Below are positions 1 through 9,783 of a stretch of 64,000 nucleotides of DNA, piece by piece; positions within the stretch are counted from its first letter, which is position 1, and each line of letters opens with the position of its first letter. The notes under the pieces were generated by a model that searched no databases, was not told where the DNA came from, and saw only the letters and a list, made by a program, of their open reading frames with translations. Source of the stretch: Blautia sp. (GTDB lineage: Bacteria > Bacillota > Clostridia > Lachnospirales > Lachnospiraceae); NCBI GenBank assembly GCA_022769545.1, contig JALEJS010000046.1:2388-66387 (forward strand). The letters are read 5' to 3'. Position numbers and translations under genes: made by a program.

Positions 1-1622
1 ACTGCTTCGGGTGCGGTGCCGGCGGAAATGTATTCAATTTTATTATGGAATATGAGAACTTCACCTTTGGAGAGGCACTGGAGAGCCTCGCTGACAGGGC
101 GGGCGTAACACTTCCGAAGATGGAGTATTCCAGGGAAGCAAGAGAAATGGCGGAGCAGAAAGCACAGCTTCTGGAGATCAACAAGCAGGCAGCACAGTAT
201 TTTTATTATCAGCTGCGCCGGGAATCCGGACAGACTGCCTGGCAGTATCTGAAGGGCAGAGGTCTCAGTGATGAGACCATGAAGAAGTTTGGGCTTGGGT
301 ATTCCGACAAATACAGTGATGATCTGTACAAATATTTAAAGGGAAAAAATTACAGTGACCAGCTTCTGCGGGAATCCGGACTGTTTCAGGTGGATGAACG
401 CAGAGGCATGTATGACAAGTTCTGGAACCGGGTGATTTTCCCCATCATGGATGTGAATAACCGGGTGATCGGTTTCGGCGGCCGTGTCATGGGAGACGGG
501 AAACCGAAATACCTGAATTCTCCGGAAACGAAAATATTTGATAAGAGCCGGAATCTGTACGGACTGAATGTGGCACGCACCACCAGGCGGGATCATCTGA
601 TCCTCTGTGAGGGTTACATGGATGTAATCACCATGCATCAGGCAGGCTTTACCAATGCGGTGGCTTCTCTGGGAACGGCACTGACATCCGGGCATGCCAG
701 CCTTCTGAAACGATATACAAAGGAAGTCCTTCTTCTGTATGACAGTGACGGAGCCGGGGTTCGGGCGGCACTGCGGGCGATTCCCATTCTGCGCGAGGCT
801 GGTGTGAATGCCAGAGTCGTCAGTCTCAAGCCTTATAAGGATCCGGATGAATTTATCAAAGCGATGGGTCCGGAGGCTTTTGAGGAGCGTCTGACACAGG
901 CACAGGACAGCTTTATGTTCCGGGTGGGAGTCGCAGAGGGAGAATATCCGATGGACGATCCGCAGGGACAGAACCGCTTTTTTGAGCAGTGCGCACAGAT
1001 GCTGCTGGAATTGTCCGATGAGCTGGAGAGAAATCTGTATATCGAGGCAATTGTCAGGGAATACCGGCGGTATGGGATACGCACAGAGGATCTCAGAAAG
1101 CGGGTTAACGCACTGGCGATGAAGGGAACACCTGCAAAAGTACGGACAGAGCCAAGGCCGGCAGCCCCGGAAAAGAAAAAAAAGGAATCTGCGGCACAGC
1201 AGGCACAGAAGCTGATGCTGACCTGGCTGGTGACGTATCCGCATATTTTTGATGAGGTGGAAAAATATATTTCCCCGGATGATTTTGTGACTCCGCTGTA
1301 CCGGCAGGTTGCCGGGATGCTGTTTGCCCAGCACAGGGAGGGAGAGGTCAATCCGGCGAAGCTTCTCAATGCGTTTGTGGACAGTGAGGAGCAAAGAGAA
1401 GTGGCATCTCTGTTTAATGCGACCATACATCTGGAAAATCAGGAGGAGCAGGATCGGGCTTTTGCGGATGCCCTTCTTCGAATCAAGGAGGAGAGTCTGC
1501 GGGAGAAAAACAGAAACTGGGATCCTTCGGATATGGGAGCTTTGCAGGAGCTGATCCAGGCAAAAAAGGAGCTGGAGGATCTTGGAAGAAAACGGCAGAA
1601 ACTGCATATTTCTTTTAATTAA
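1..1622 (+). CDS. dnaG: DNA primase DnaG (5'-truncated by window edge)
   Basis: The reading frame is open from nt 3 (CFGCGAGGNVFNF, the zinc-finger tail). Toprim motif LILCEGYMDVI is present. It lies directly upstream of rpoD, as in the Firmicute macromolecular-synthesis operon. Confidence 0.95.
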   Translation, partial: CFGCGAGGNVFNFIMEYENFTFGEALESLADRAGVTLPKMEYSREAREMAEQKAQLLEINKQAAQYFYYQLRRESGQTAWQYLKGRGLSDETMKKFGLGYSDKYSDDLYKYLKGKNYSDQLLRESGLFQVDERRGMYDKFWNRVIFPIMDVNNRVIGFGGRVMGDGKPKYLNSPETKIFDKSRNLYGLNVARTTRRDHLILCEGYMDVITMHQAGFTNAVASLGTALTSGHASLLKRYTKEVLLLYDSDGAGVRAALRAIPILREAGVNARVVSLKPYKDPDEFIKAMGPEAFEERLTQAQDSFMFRVGVAEGEYPMDDPQGQNRFFEQCAQMLLELSDELERNLYIEAIVREYRRYGIRTEDLRKRVNALAMKGTPAKVRTEPRPAAPEKKKKESAAQQAQKLMLTWLVTYPHIFDEVEKYISPDDFVTPLYRQVAGMLFAQHREGEVNPAKLLNAFVDSEEQREVASLFNATIHLENQEEQDRAFADALLRIKEESLREKNRNWDPSDMGALQELIQAKKELEDLGRKRQKLHISFN

Positions 1623-1661
1623 GGATAAAATATAAACACTATATGGAGGTATAGAGCACCT

Positions 1662-2789
1662 ATGGAAATGAATATGGCCAAATTCAGTGAAAAACTGGGA
1701 GAACTTCTGGAAGTGGCAAAAAAGAAGAAAAATGTTCTGGAGTATCAGGAAATCAATGATTTCTTTAAGGATCAGCATCTTGATGCAGAACAGATGGACA
1801 AGATTTTTGACTTTCTGGAAGCAAGTGGTGTGGATGTGCTCCGAATCACAGACAGCGATGTGGATGAACTCATTCTGGATGATGACGGAGATCTGCCGGG
1901 TCTGGAGGACGAGGAGGACGTGGAACTGGACAAGATCGACCTTTCCGTTCCGGAGGGTGTCAGCATTGAAGATCCGGTTCGGATGTATCTGAAGGAAATC
2001 GGTAAGGTCAGTCTTCTGACAGCCGAAGAGGAAATCGAGCTTGCCCAGAGGATGGAGCAGGGCGATGAAGAGGCGAAGAAACGCCTTGCAGAGGCAAACC
2101 TTCGTCTGGTTGTCAGCATTGCCAAACGGTATGTAGGCCGCGGAATGCTGTTTCTGGATCTGATTCAGGAAGGAAACCTGGGTCTGATCAAGGCGGTGGA
2201 GAAGTTTGATTACCGCAAGGGCTACAAATTCAGTACCTATGCAACCTGGTGGATCCGTCAGGCAATCACAAGAGCCATTGCGGATCAGGCACGTACCATC
2301 CGTATTCCGGTGCATATGGTGGAAACCATCAACAAGCTGATTCGCGTTTCCAGACAGCTTTTGCAGGAGCTTGGGCGTGAACCAACGCCGGAAGAAATTG
2401 CGGAAGAAATGGATATGTCTGTGGAGCGTGTGCGTGAGATTCTGAAGATTTCCCAGGAACCGGTGTCTCTGGAGACGCCGATCGGTGAGGAAGAGGACAG
2501 CCATCTGGGAGACTTTATTCAGGATGACAATGTTCCGGTTCCGGCGGATGCGGCCGCATTTACCCTTCTGAAGGAACAGCTGGTGGAGGTCCTCGGGACG
2601 CTTACAGAGAGAGAACAGAAAGTGCTCAGACTCCGCTTCGGACTGGATGACGGACGCGCAAGAACGCTGGAAGAGGTCGGCAAGGAGTTTAATGTTACCA
2701 GAGAACGTATCCGTCAGATTGAGGCAAAAGCGCTTCGGAAGCTTCGCCATCCCAGCCGCAGCCGCAAGCTGAAGGATTATCTGGATTGA
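1662..2789 (+). CDS. rpoD: Primary RNA polymerase sigma factor (sigma-70/SigA)
   Basis: Region 2.4 [25 protein letters not shown] and region 4.2 [19 protein letters not shown] are present, after an acidic N-terminal region. GGAGG lies upstream. Confidence 0.96.
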   Translation: MEMNMAKFSEKLGELLEVAKKKKNVLEYQEINDFFKDQHLDAEQMDKIFDFLEASGVDVLRITDSDVDELILDDDGDLPGLEDEEDVELDKIDLSVPEGVSIEDPVRMYLKEIGKVSLLTAEEEIELAQRMEQGDEEAKKRLAEANLRLVVSIAKRYVGRGMLFLDLIQEGNLGLIKAVEKFDYRKGYKFSTYATWWIRQAITRAIADQARTIRIPVHMVETINKLIRVSRQLLQELGREPTPEEIAEEMDMSVERVREILKISQEPVSLETPIGEEEDSHLGDFIQDDNVPVPADAAAFTLLKEQLVEVLGTLTEREQKVLRLRFGLDDGRARTLEEVGKEFNVTRERIRQIEAKALRKLRHPSRSRKLKDYLD

Positions 2790-2799
2790 GGAGTCTGAT

Positions 2800-3507
2800 A
2801 TGCAGTTATCCGAACGGTTGAGAGAGCTTGCCGGGATGGTGACACCCGGAAACCGTCTGGTGGATGTGGGATGTGATCATGGATATCTGCCCATCTGGCT
2901 TGTCCGGAATAAAATCATACCCTCCGCCATCGCTATGGATGTGAGGCGCGGGCCTCTGTCAAAGGCGCAGGAAAATATCAGACAGTATGCGCTGTCCGAT
3001 TACATACAGACCCGTCTGTCATGGGGACTGAGGGAGCTCTCTGTGGGGGAGGGAGATACATTGACGATCGCAGGAATGGGAGGACCGCTGATGGAATCGC
3101 TTCTGGAGGAATGTCCTCTGGTCCGGGAGTCCTTTGCGGAAATGATTCTGCAGCCTCAGTCAGACATCGGTCATTTCAGGCATTTCATCCGCAGTCTCGG
3201 CTGGGAGATCATTCAGGAAAAGATCGTTCTTGAGGATGGGAAATTTTATCCTATGATGAAAGTCAGAAAGGCGGAAAAGGAGAACATGCCTGTGTATTCC
3301 CGGGAAGAGGAATGGTTTGGAAGGCTCCTTCTGGAGGAGAGAAATCCGATCCTGAAGCAGCTTCTTAAGAAGGAGCTCAAGACACGGGAGAACATTCTGG
3401 ATCAGCTGAAGGCGCCCGGCAGTGACGCTGCGGTGAAACGAATGGAAGAAATCAGAGAGGAGCAGCAGATCATCCGGTCTGCTTTGGAACACTATGAAAG
3501 CATATGA
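2800..3507 (+). CDS. trmK: tRNA (adenine22-N1)-methyltransferase TrmK-like
   Basis: N-terminus LVDVGCDHGYLPIWL (SAM-MTase motif of the TrmK/YqfN family). Conserved position after rpoD. GAGGAG RBS. Confidence 0.85.
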   Translation: MQLSERLRELAGMVTPGNRLVDVGCDHGYLPIWLVRNKIIPSAIAMDVRRGPLSKAQENIRQYALSDYIQTRLSWGLRELSVGEGDTLTIAGMGGPLMESLLEECPLVRESFAEMILQPQSDIGHFRHFIRSLGWEIIQEKIVLEDGKFYPMMKVRKAEKENMPVYSREEEWFGRLLLEERNPILKQLLKKELKTRENILDQLKAPGSDAAVKRMEEIREEQQIIRSALEHYESI

Positions 3508-4270
3508 ATTAACGGCCTGGCTGAATGAACAGCATCCGGAGCAGGCGGCAGAGGACTGGGATAATGTAGGGCTTCTGGTGGGGGATGACACCAGGCAGAT
3601 CAGTCATGTATTTCTGGCACTGGATCTGACGGAGGAAACGCTGGAGGAAGCAGTCGCAGCGGGAGCGGATATGATCGTGACGCACCATCCCATGATCTTT
3701 TCCGGAATTAAGAAAATCAACAATCATACCTTTACCGGACGCAGAATTCTGAAGCTGCTGGAAAAGGGGATTCCCTATTATGCCATGCATACAAATTATG
3801 ATATTGTCGGAATGGCAGATCAGAATGCACAGTATCTGGGTCTTACGGAGCCGCAGGTTCTGGCTGTGACAGAGCCGCAGAAGCTCCAGGGCCTGGGAAA
3901 AACCGGAAAGCTTCCACGCAGGATGACCCTCCGCGAATGCGGAGAATATGTCAAGGCCTGCTTCCGCCTGGAGGATGTCCGCGTGTACGGAGATCCGGAT
4001 CAGACGGTGGAAGTGGCTGCTGTGTGCGGCGGTTCCGGAAAAAGTCTGCTGGCAGATGTTCTGGCGGCCGGAGCAGATGTCTATATCACCGGTGACATTG
4101 ATTATCATACCGGGCTTGATGCTGTGGCACAGGGCCTTGCAGTGATCGATGCAGGACATTACGGGACCGAGTATATTTTTATGGAGAATATGGAGCGGGA
4201 GATCCGGGAGGCATTTCCGGAGCTGAAGGTTTCCTGTGCCCGCGTGAAACAGCCTTATATGGTGCTTTGA
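3494..4270 (+). CDS. Nif3-like dinuclear metal-centre protein (YqfO family)
   Basis: WDNVGLLVGD...THHP...MHTNYD...IDAGHYGTE pattern typical of NIF3/YqfO. Overlaps the trmK stop, as in the Bacillus yqfN-yqfO pair. Confidence 0.85.
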   Translation: MKAYELTAWLNEQHPEQAAEDWDNVGLLVGDDTRQISHVFLALDLTEETLEEAVAAGADMIVTHHPMIFSGIKKINNHTFTGRRILKLLEKGIPYYAMHTNYDIVGMADQNAQYLGLTEPQVLAVTEPQKLQGLGKTGKLPRRMTLRECGEYVKACFRLEDVRVYGDPDQTVEVAAVCGGSGKSLLADVLAAGADVYITGDIDYHTGLDAVAQGLAVIDAGHYGTEYIFMENMEREIREAFPELKVSCARVKQPYMVL

Positions 4271-4295
4271 GCGGATTAAGAAGTGAGGTGGCGAT

Positions 4296-5966
4296 ATGGC
4301 GGAAAAAAGACAGATCCACATTACATTGGAAGGACAGATCAGGGAGTACCCTGCAGGAATCACATACGGAGAAATTCTGAAAGATTATGAGGGAACTGCC
4401 GATGCGCCGGCGATCCTGGTGATGGCCGACGGCAGGCTGCGTGAGCTGCATAAGCATGCGAACAGAGACTGTACACTGAAACTGATCACGACCAGGGATG
4501 TGATTGGCCACAATGCATATAAGCGAAGCGCCTGTATGATACTTTTCAAAGCCATATACCGTGTTCTCGGAAGAGAGTACGTCAGAAAGGCCACGATCCA
4601 TTATGCGCTGGGAGATGCCTATTATTTCACCCTGGAAAGTGACCGGAAGCTGGATCAGGCGCTTCTGGATGAGATCCGCAGGGAAATGCACCGGATTGTG
4701 GACGCGGATCTTCCCATTGTGAAGCGAAGCGTCAGTACGGAAGAAGCGGTGGAGATTTTCCATAAATACGGAATGTATGATAAGGAAAAGCTGTTCCGTT
4801 ATCGCCGCAGCTCCAAAGTAAACATTTACAGCATCGGAGGTTTCGAGGATTATTATTATGGCTATATGGCAAGTCACACGGGATATGTGAAATACTTTGA
4901 TCTGATGCTGTATGACGAAGGTTTTGTGCTGATGCTGCCAAACGAGAAGGAACCGGACAAAATCCGGCCGGTTCCGCCCATGAATAAAATATTCCGGGTG
5001 ATGCAGGAATCCCAGGAGTGGGGAGATAAGATGGATGTCTCCACGGTGGGAGAGCTGAATGACCGCATTACCAGAGAGGGGGTTCAGAGCCTTCTTCTGA
5101 TTCAGGAGGCGCTGCAGGAAGCGAAGATCTCGAGAATCGCACAGACGATCTGTGAGGATCCGGACAAAAAGTTTATCATGGTTGCCGGCCCGTCTTCTTC
5201 CGGGAAAACGTCTTTTTCCAACCGTCTGTGCATCCAGCTGGCGGCACATGGAAGAAAACCGCATCTGATTTCGGTGGATAATTATTTTGTCAACCGTGCG
5301 GATACGCCGCTGGATGAGTTCGGGGAAAAGAATTACGAGTGCATCGAAGCCATTGATGTGAAACAGTTTAATGAAGATGCGCTGAAGCTTTTGGACGGGG
5401 AAAGGGTAGAACTGCCGGTCTATAATTTTAAAACGGGCTGCAGGGAATACAGAGGCGACTTCCTGAAAATGGGAGAAGATGACGTGCTTGTTATTGAAGG
5501 AATCCATGGCCTGAATGATCAGCTGAGTTATTCACTGCCGAAGGAAAGTAAATACAAGATCTACATCAGTGCGCTGACACAGCTGAATATCGACGAGCAT
5601 AACCGGATTCCGTCCACGGACGGACGCCTTCTGCGAAGAATTGCCAGGGATGCACGTACCAGAGGTACCTCTGCCAGAGAGACCATTGCCAGATGGCCGT
5701 CGGTGCGCAGGGGAGAGGAACAGAATATTTTCGTGTTCCAGGAAAATGCGGATGTGATGTTTAATTCCGCACTGGTATATGAGCTGGCCTGTCTGAAGGT
5801 GTATGTGGAGCCGCTGCTGTTCGGAATTCCGCAGGATGCGCCGGAATATATGGAAGCCAAACGTCTTCTGAAGTTTCTGGATTATTTCATGCCGGTGCCC
5901 AGTGAGGATATTCCGAAGAATTCACTGCTTCGGGAATTTGTCGGGGGAAGCATTTTCAATGTGTGA
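4296..5966 (+). CDS. Uridine-kinase/phosphoribulokinase-family P-loop protein with an N-terminal TGS-like domain
   Basis: Walker A in IMVAGPSSSGKTSFSNRL sits mid-protein, preceded by a roughly 280-aa N-terminal region with a TGS-like start. GAGGTGG RBS. Confidence 0.7.
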   Translation: MAEKRQIHITLEGQIREYPAGITYGEILKDYEGTADAPAILVMADGRLRELHKHANRDCTLKLITTRDVIGHNAYKRSACMILFKAIYRVLGREYVRKATIHYALGDAYYFTLESDRKLDQALLDEIRREMHRIVDADLPIVKRSVSTEEAVEIFHKYGMYDKEKLFRYRRSSKVNIYSIGGFEDYYYGYMASHTGYVKYFDLMLYDEGFVLMLPNEKEPDKIRPVPPMNKIFRVMQESQEWGDKMDVSTVGELNDRITREGVQSLLLIQEALQEAKISRIAQTICEDPDKKFIMVAGPSSSGKTSFSNRLCIQLAAHGRKPHLISVDNYFVNRADTPLDEFGEKNYECIEAIDVKQFNEDALKLLDGERVELPVYNFKTGCREYRGDFLKMGEDDVLVIEGIHGLNDQLSYSLPKESKYKIYISALTQLNIDEHNRIPSTDGRLLRRIARDARTRGTSARETIARWPSVRRGEEQNIFVFQENADVMFNSALVYELACLKVYVEPLLFGIPQDAPEYMEAKRLLKFLDYFMPVPSEDIPKNSLLREFVGGSIFNV

Positions 5967-6051
5967 TCCGGTTTTGATGCGGAGCTTCCCCGTCAGAGAA
6001 GGCGAAAAAGTCTGACTTTACTAATTGGTATTTTTGTGTTAAAATACGCAT

Positions 6052-6401
6052 GCGCAACCAGGCCAGGTGATCGCGGATGAACAGACGAAAGGGTTCATAC
6101 GAGGAAAGTCCGGGCTTCGCAGGGCAGGATGCCGGATAACGTCCGGTGGAGGTGACTCCCAGACCAGTGCAACAGAAATAAACCGCCTCAGCTGAGGTAA
6201 GGGTGGAAAGGCAGTGTAAGAGACTACCGCCGTCCTGGTAACAGGGCGGGCACATGTAAACTCCATTCGAAGCAAGACCGAAACGAAAGCGATACGGCTG
6301 CCCGTCGTGCTTTCAGGTGGGTCGCTGGAGCCTTATGGCAACGTAAGGCCTAGATAGATGATCACCCAATGACATAACCCGGCTTATCGGTCTGGTTGCT
6401 C
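6052..6401 (+). ncRNA. rnpB: RNase P RNA, bacterial type A
   Basis: Universal motifs GAGGAAAGTCCGGGC and ACATAACCCGGCTTATCGG are present. The P1 helix is GCAACCAGGCC/GGTCTGGTTGC. The CAGTGCAACAGAAA...AACCGCC and GGTAAGGGTGGAAAGG blocks align by eye with the E. coli type-A RNA. Confidence 0.92.
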
Positions 6402-6403
6402 AG

Positions 6404-6448
6404 AAAAAAAGAAGAAGTCCGCTTTGGTGCCGGACTTCTTCTTTTTTT
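6404..6448. terminator. Bidirectional intrinsic terminator between rnpB (+) and pyrI (-)
   Basis: An 11-bp stem GAAGAAGTCCG/CGGACTTCTTC is flanked by an A-run on the left and a T-run on the right. Confidence 0.8.
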
Positions 6449-6454
6449 ATGATT

Positions 6455-6892
6455 TTATTTGTTGCGGGAACCTCTGTACTTTTCCTCGCAGTATTTGCAG
6501 CGGTAAATCTCCTTCTCCTCATCGGAAAGAACAAAGACGTGATCCAGTCCCTGTTCGATCGATGTGATGCAGCGGGGATTTTTGCATTTGATCACGTTAA
6601 TCACCTGTTTGGGAAGCCGCAGGTCCTTCTTCTCCACGATTTCTCCGTCCTTGATGATGTTGACGGTGATGTTGTGGTCAATAAATCCAAGGATGTCCAG
6701 ATCCAGATCCTCGATGGGACATTCCACTTTGATGATATCCTTTTTTCCCATTTTCTGGCTGCGTGCATTTTTGATAATGGCAACGGTGCAGTCCAGCTTG
6801 TCCAGCTTCAGATCATGATAGATCGTCATGGATTTGCCTGCCTTGATGTGGTCTAACACATATCCTTCCTGAAGTTGTCCTACATTTAACAT
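6455..6892 (-). CDS. pyrI: Aspartate carbamoyltransferase regulatory subunit
   Basis: 145 aa with the C-terminal Zn domain CKNPRCIT...CKYCE. Overlaps the pyrB stop. Confidence 0.92.
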   Translation of the reverse strand: MLNVGQLQEGYVLDHIKAGKSMTIYHDLKLDKLDCTVAIIKNARSQKMGKKDIIKVECPIEDLDLDILGFIDHNITVNIIKDGEIVEKKDLRLPKQVINVIKCKNPRCITSIEQGLDHVFVLSDEEKEIYRCKYCEEKYRGSRNK

Positions 6893-7806
6893 ACTTCCAC
6901 CTCCAATAAAGTCAGAATCAGTGCCATTCGCACGTAAACGCCGTACTGTGCCTGTTTGAAATAAGCGGCTCTGGGATCGGAATCCACCTCGACGGAAATT
7001 TCGTTGACACGGGGAAGGGGATGGAGAATGAACATGTCATCTTTGGCAAGTTTCATTTTCTGTTTGTCCAGTATGTAGAAATCCTTCATACGAACATAAT
7101 CCTCTTCGTTAAAGAAACGTTCCTTCTGAACACGGGTCATATACAGAATGTCAAGCTGCGGAAGGGCATCCTCCAGACGTTCCACCTCCTCGTATTCCAT
7201 ATGATTGCGTTTCAGAACGTCTTCGCGAATATAGCTGGGAACACGGAGCTCCTCCGGTGAAATCAGAACAAATTTTACATTTTTGTACCGAACCAGGGCC
7301 TCGATCAGAGAGTGGACCGTTCTTCCGAATTTCAGGTCTCCGCACAGACCGATTGTGATATTATCCAGGCGTCCTTTCAGAGAACGGATGGTGAGCAGGT
7401 CTGTCAGAGTCTGTGTGGGATGCTGGTGACCGCCGTCACCGGCGTTGATCACGGGAATGGAAGATGCCATGGAAGCCACTAAAGGAGCACCCTCCTTCGG
7501 GTGGCGCATAGCACAGATATCTGCATAGCAGGAAGTTACACGGATTGTATCGGCAACACTTTCGCCTTTGGCGGCGGAACTGGAATCAGCAGTGGAAAAG
7601 CCAAGTACCTTGCCGCCCAGATTCATCATAGCTGCTTCAAAGCTTAAACGGGTACGTGTGCTTGGTTCATAAAAAAGAGTAGCAAGCCTTTTGTCATCAC
7701 AGGTATGTGCATATTTTGCAGGGTTCTTCTCAATGTCGTTGGCAAGGTCAAGAAGCTTGTCCAATTCTTCCACGGAAAAATCCAGTGGACTCATCAAGTG
7801 TCTCAT
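6886..7806 (-). CDS. pyrB: Aspartate carbamoyltransferase catalytic subunit
   Basis: [13 protein letters not shown] and HPLPR motifs of ATCase. 306 aa. Confidence 0.96.
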   Translation of the reverse strand: MRHLMSPLDFSVEELDKLLDLANDIEKNPAKYAHTCDDKRLATLFYEPSTRTRLSFEAAMMNLGGKVLGFSTADSSSAAKGESVADTIRVTSCYADICAMRHPKEGAPLVASMASSIPVINAGDGGHQHPTQTLTDLLTIRSLKGRLDNITIGLCGDLKFGRTVHSLIEALVRYKNVKFVLISPEELRVPSYIREDVLKRNHMEYEEVERLEDALPQLDILYMTRVQKERFFNEEDYVRMKDFYILDKQKMKLAKDDMFILHPLPRVNEISVEVDSDPRAAYFKQAQYGVYVRMALILTLLEVEVC

Positions 7807-7893
7807 AAGTTACCTCCATTAGTCATTGTGATAGATAAAAGATGGTTGGAATTCAATCTTCGTCTAACATCATATAACACATAGGATGTTTTT

Positions 7894-8280
7894 TCAAGAC
7901 GATTTCGTAAGTATTTTCTCGAACAGAAGGCCGGTCAGGAACCATACCGGGGCGTAGTCCAGACGGATGATGCCTTTGTAGTGAAGCGGCGTCTGGCTGT
8001 AATCCCAGGGACACATATGAAAGACCTTCAGGATGCTGCCGCTGACAAATTCGGTCAGATAGATACAGCAGGTGTACAGGGTGCCGCGGAGCAGTGCCGG
8101 GAGCGCACACAGCTTTTTGCACATCGGATAAAAAAAGGCGGCACATCCGTATATGGGAAACATGAGCAGGGAAGTTTTTCCCATCATGGTGGAATGTCCC
8201 TGGAAAAGATCGTGCATGCCGGTCCAGAAGATTTCCAGACACCAGCCTACCAGCCCGCAGAGAAAAAAGTTTCGTTTCAT
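7894..8280 (-). CDS. Small polytopic membrane protein (resembles the CmpB-like 'putative ABC-transporter type IV' family)
   Basis: Four hydrophobic segments. I chose the start MKRNFF at 8280 because AGGAGG lies 7 nt upstream. The track ORF extends to 8307. Confidence 0.55.
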   Translation of the reverse strand: MKRNFFLCGLVGWCLEIFWTGMHDLFQGHSTMMGKTSLLMFPIYGCAAFFYPMCKKLCALPALLRGTLYTCCIYLTEFVSGSILKVFHMCPWDYSQTPLHYKGIIRLDYAPVWFLTGLLFEKILTKSS

Positions 8281-8331
8281 AGGTTTCCTCCTTTTTTTCG
8301 AATACATTCCTCATAGTTAGTATGCTCTGCC

Positions 8332-8360
8332 TTGAAAAAATCATACGGTCAGAGTATAAT
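8332..8360 (+). promoter_or_regulatory. Candidate sigma-70 promoter for folC-pheA
   Basis: TTGAAA, 17-nt spacer, TATAAT. Confidence 0.4.
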
Positions 8361-8475
8361 ACAGATGAAAATTTGTGTGAAAACCGGGGCCGCATCCGTG
8401 GAGCAGCTTTGTGTGAAAACAGAGCCTGCAGGCCGGATATTCGCGGGTATTCATACAGGCGGGAGATCAGATGTC

Positions 8476-9783
8476 ATGAATTATGTTCAGAGCAGAAAAT
8501 ATATTGAGGATGCGCAGCAGTATGCAGGCGAGCTGGGCCTGGATCAGATGTATGCCATGATGGAGCGGCTTGGAAATCCGCAGGACAGGCTGAAGGTGGT
8601 GCACGTTGCAGGAACAAACGGGAAAGGGTCTGTCATCGCATACATGTATACGGTATTGCAGCAGGCCGGATACCGTGTGGGAAGATACATTTCACCCACG
8701 CTTTATTCTTATCTGGAACGGCTGGAGATAAACGGAACGCCTGCTTCAGAGGAAGAATTCGCAGCTGCTGTCACCAGAGTGCAGGAGGCTGTGGAGAAGA
8801 TGACGGCGGAAGGGCTGCCGCATCCGACTCCTTTTGAGCTGGAAACCGCGGCTGCATTTTTGTTTTTCGCAGAGAAGTCCTGCGATCTGGTATTTCTGGA
8901 GGTGGGGCTTGGAGGTGACATGGATGCGACGAATGTTATTTCGGCTCCGGTTCTTTGTGTCCTGACCTCGATCAGTATGGATCATATGGATTATCTTGGA
9001 AACACACTTGGAGAGATTGCACAGAAAAAGGCCGGAATCATCAAAAAGGGAAGTCTGGTAGTGACCTGCAGGCAGGATCCCGAGGCGGAGTCTGTCATAC
9101 GGGACCGATGTGAGGAGCAGGAAGCCTGCTGTGTGATCGCAGATGCCGCACTGGGAAAAATAACGGAGGAGTCTTTTGATGGTCAGAGCTTCCGGTATCA
9201 GAACGAAAACTATCACGTAGCGCTGGCAGGTGCCTGTCAGCTGGAAAACGCAGTGCTTGCACTTACGGCGCTGGAGCTTCTGGGGAAAAAAGGGTTTCCC
9301 ACAAGCCTTTCCCAGAGAAGAGAAGGACTGTCAAAAACCTGCTGGAACGGAAGATTTACGGTCCTTTGCAGAAAGCCGCTGCTTATTGTCGACGGAGCAC
9401 ACAATCCGGCCGCTGCAGATAAGCTGGCGGAATCCATCGAACGGTATTTCGCCGGAAAGCGGATCCTTTATATTATGGGAGTGTTCCGGGATAAGGATTA
9501 CGATTATGTAATCCGAAGAACCTGCTCCTATGCGGAAAAAATCTGGACGATCCGGACCCCGGATAATCCGAGAGCACTTCCGGAACAGGAGCTTGCGCAG
9601 GCGGTGCGAAAATATCACAGGAATGTGCAGCCGGCACAAAGCATTCCGGAGGCTCTGGAACAGGCTCTGAAAGAAGCCGGGGAAGAGGATGTGATCATTG
9701 CTTTCGGGTCCCTGTCCTTTATCGGGGCGCTCACGGAGGCGGCAGAAGAGAAAAAACGAAAAGCGGAGAAGAACGTTAAATGA
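8476..9783 (+). CDS. folC: Bifunctional folylpolyglutamate synthase / dihydrofolate synthase
   Basis: Mur-ligase P-loop VHVAGTNGKGS. I chose the start MNYVQSRKY (GGGAGA RBS). The track ORF start at 8332 would add a non-homologous extension that contains a nucleotide repeat. Confidence 0.9.
   Translation: MNYVQSRKYIEDAQQYAGELGLDQMYAMMERLGNPQDRLKVVHVAGTNGKGSVIAYMYTVLQQAGYRVGRYISPTLYSYLERLEINGTPASEEEFAAAVTRVQEAVEKMTAEGLPHPTPFELETAAAFLFFAEKSCDLVFLEVGLGGDMDATNVISAPVLCVLTSISMDHMDYLGNTLGEIAQKKAGIIKKGSLVVTCRQDPEAESVIRDRCEEQEACCVIADAALGKITEESFDGQSFRYQNENYHVALAGACQLENAVLALTALELLGKKGFPTSLSQRREGLSKTCWNGRFTVLCRKPLLIVDGAHNPAAADKLAESIERYFAGKRILYIMGVFRDKDYDYVIRRTCSYAEKIWTIRTPDNPRALPEQELAQAVRKYHRNVQPAQSIPEALEQALKEAGEEDVIIAFGSLSFIGALTEAAEEKKRKAEKNVK

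Noticed and set aside
1166-1185. An A-rich tract (GAAAAGAAAAAAAAGG) inside dnaG as a possible slippage or phase-variation site.
   Set aside because: It encodes a plausible Lys-rich linker (EKKKKE) in the variable region between the primase core and the DnaB-binding domain. The frame is intact and no alternative-frame product is evident.
336-2750. An 804-aa ORF on the minus strand spanning dnaG, the intergenic spacer and rpoD.
   Set aside because: It lies antisense to two unambiguous essential genes. Its composition is Leu/Arg/His/Cys/Gln-rich and low-complexity, with no motifs or RBS. It stays open because the sense genes rarely use TTA/CTA/TCA codons, making it a classic shadow ORF.
7807-7893. 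A PyrR-binding attenuator upstream of pyrB.
   Set aside because: No ARUCCAGAGAGGYU-like PyrR loop motif and no terminator/antiterminator pair is visible. The spacer is only 87 nt.
8332-8475. The N-terminal 48-aa extension of folC given by the ORF track.
   Set aside because: The extension overlaps the predicted promoter and contains the nucleotide direct repeat (translating as a duplicated CVKT). Homology to FolC begins at MNYVQSRKY, which has its own RBS.
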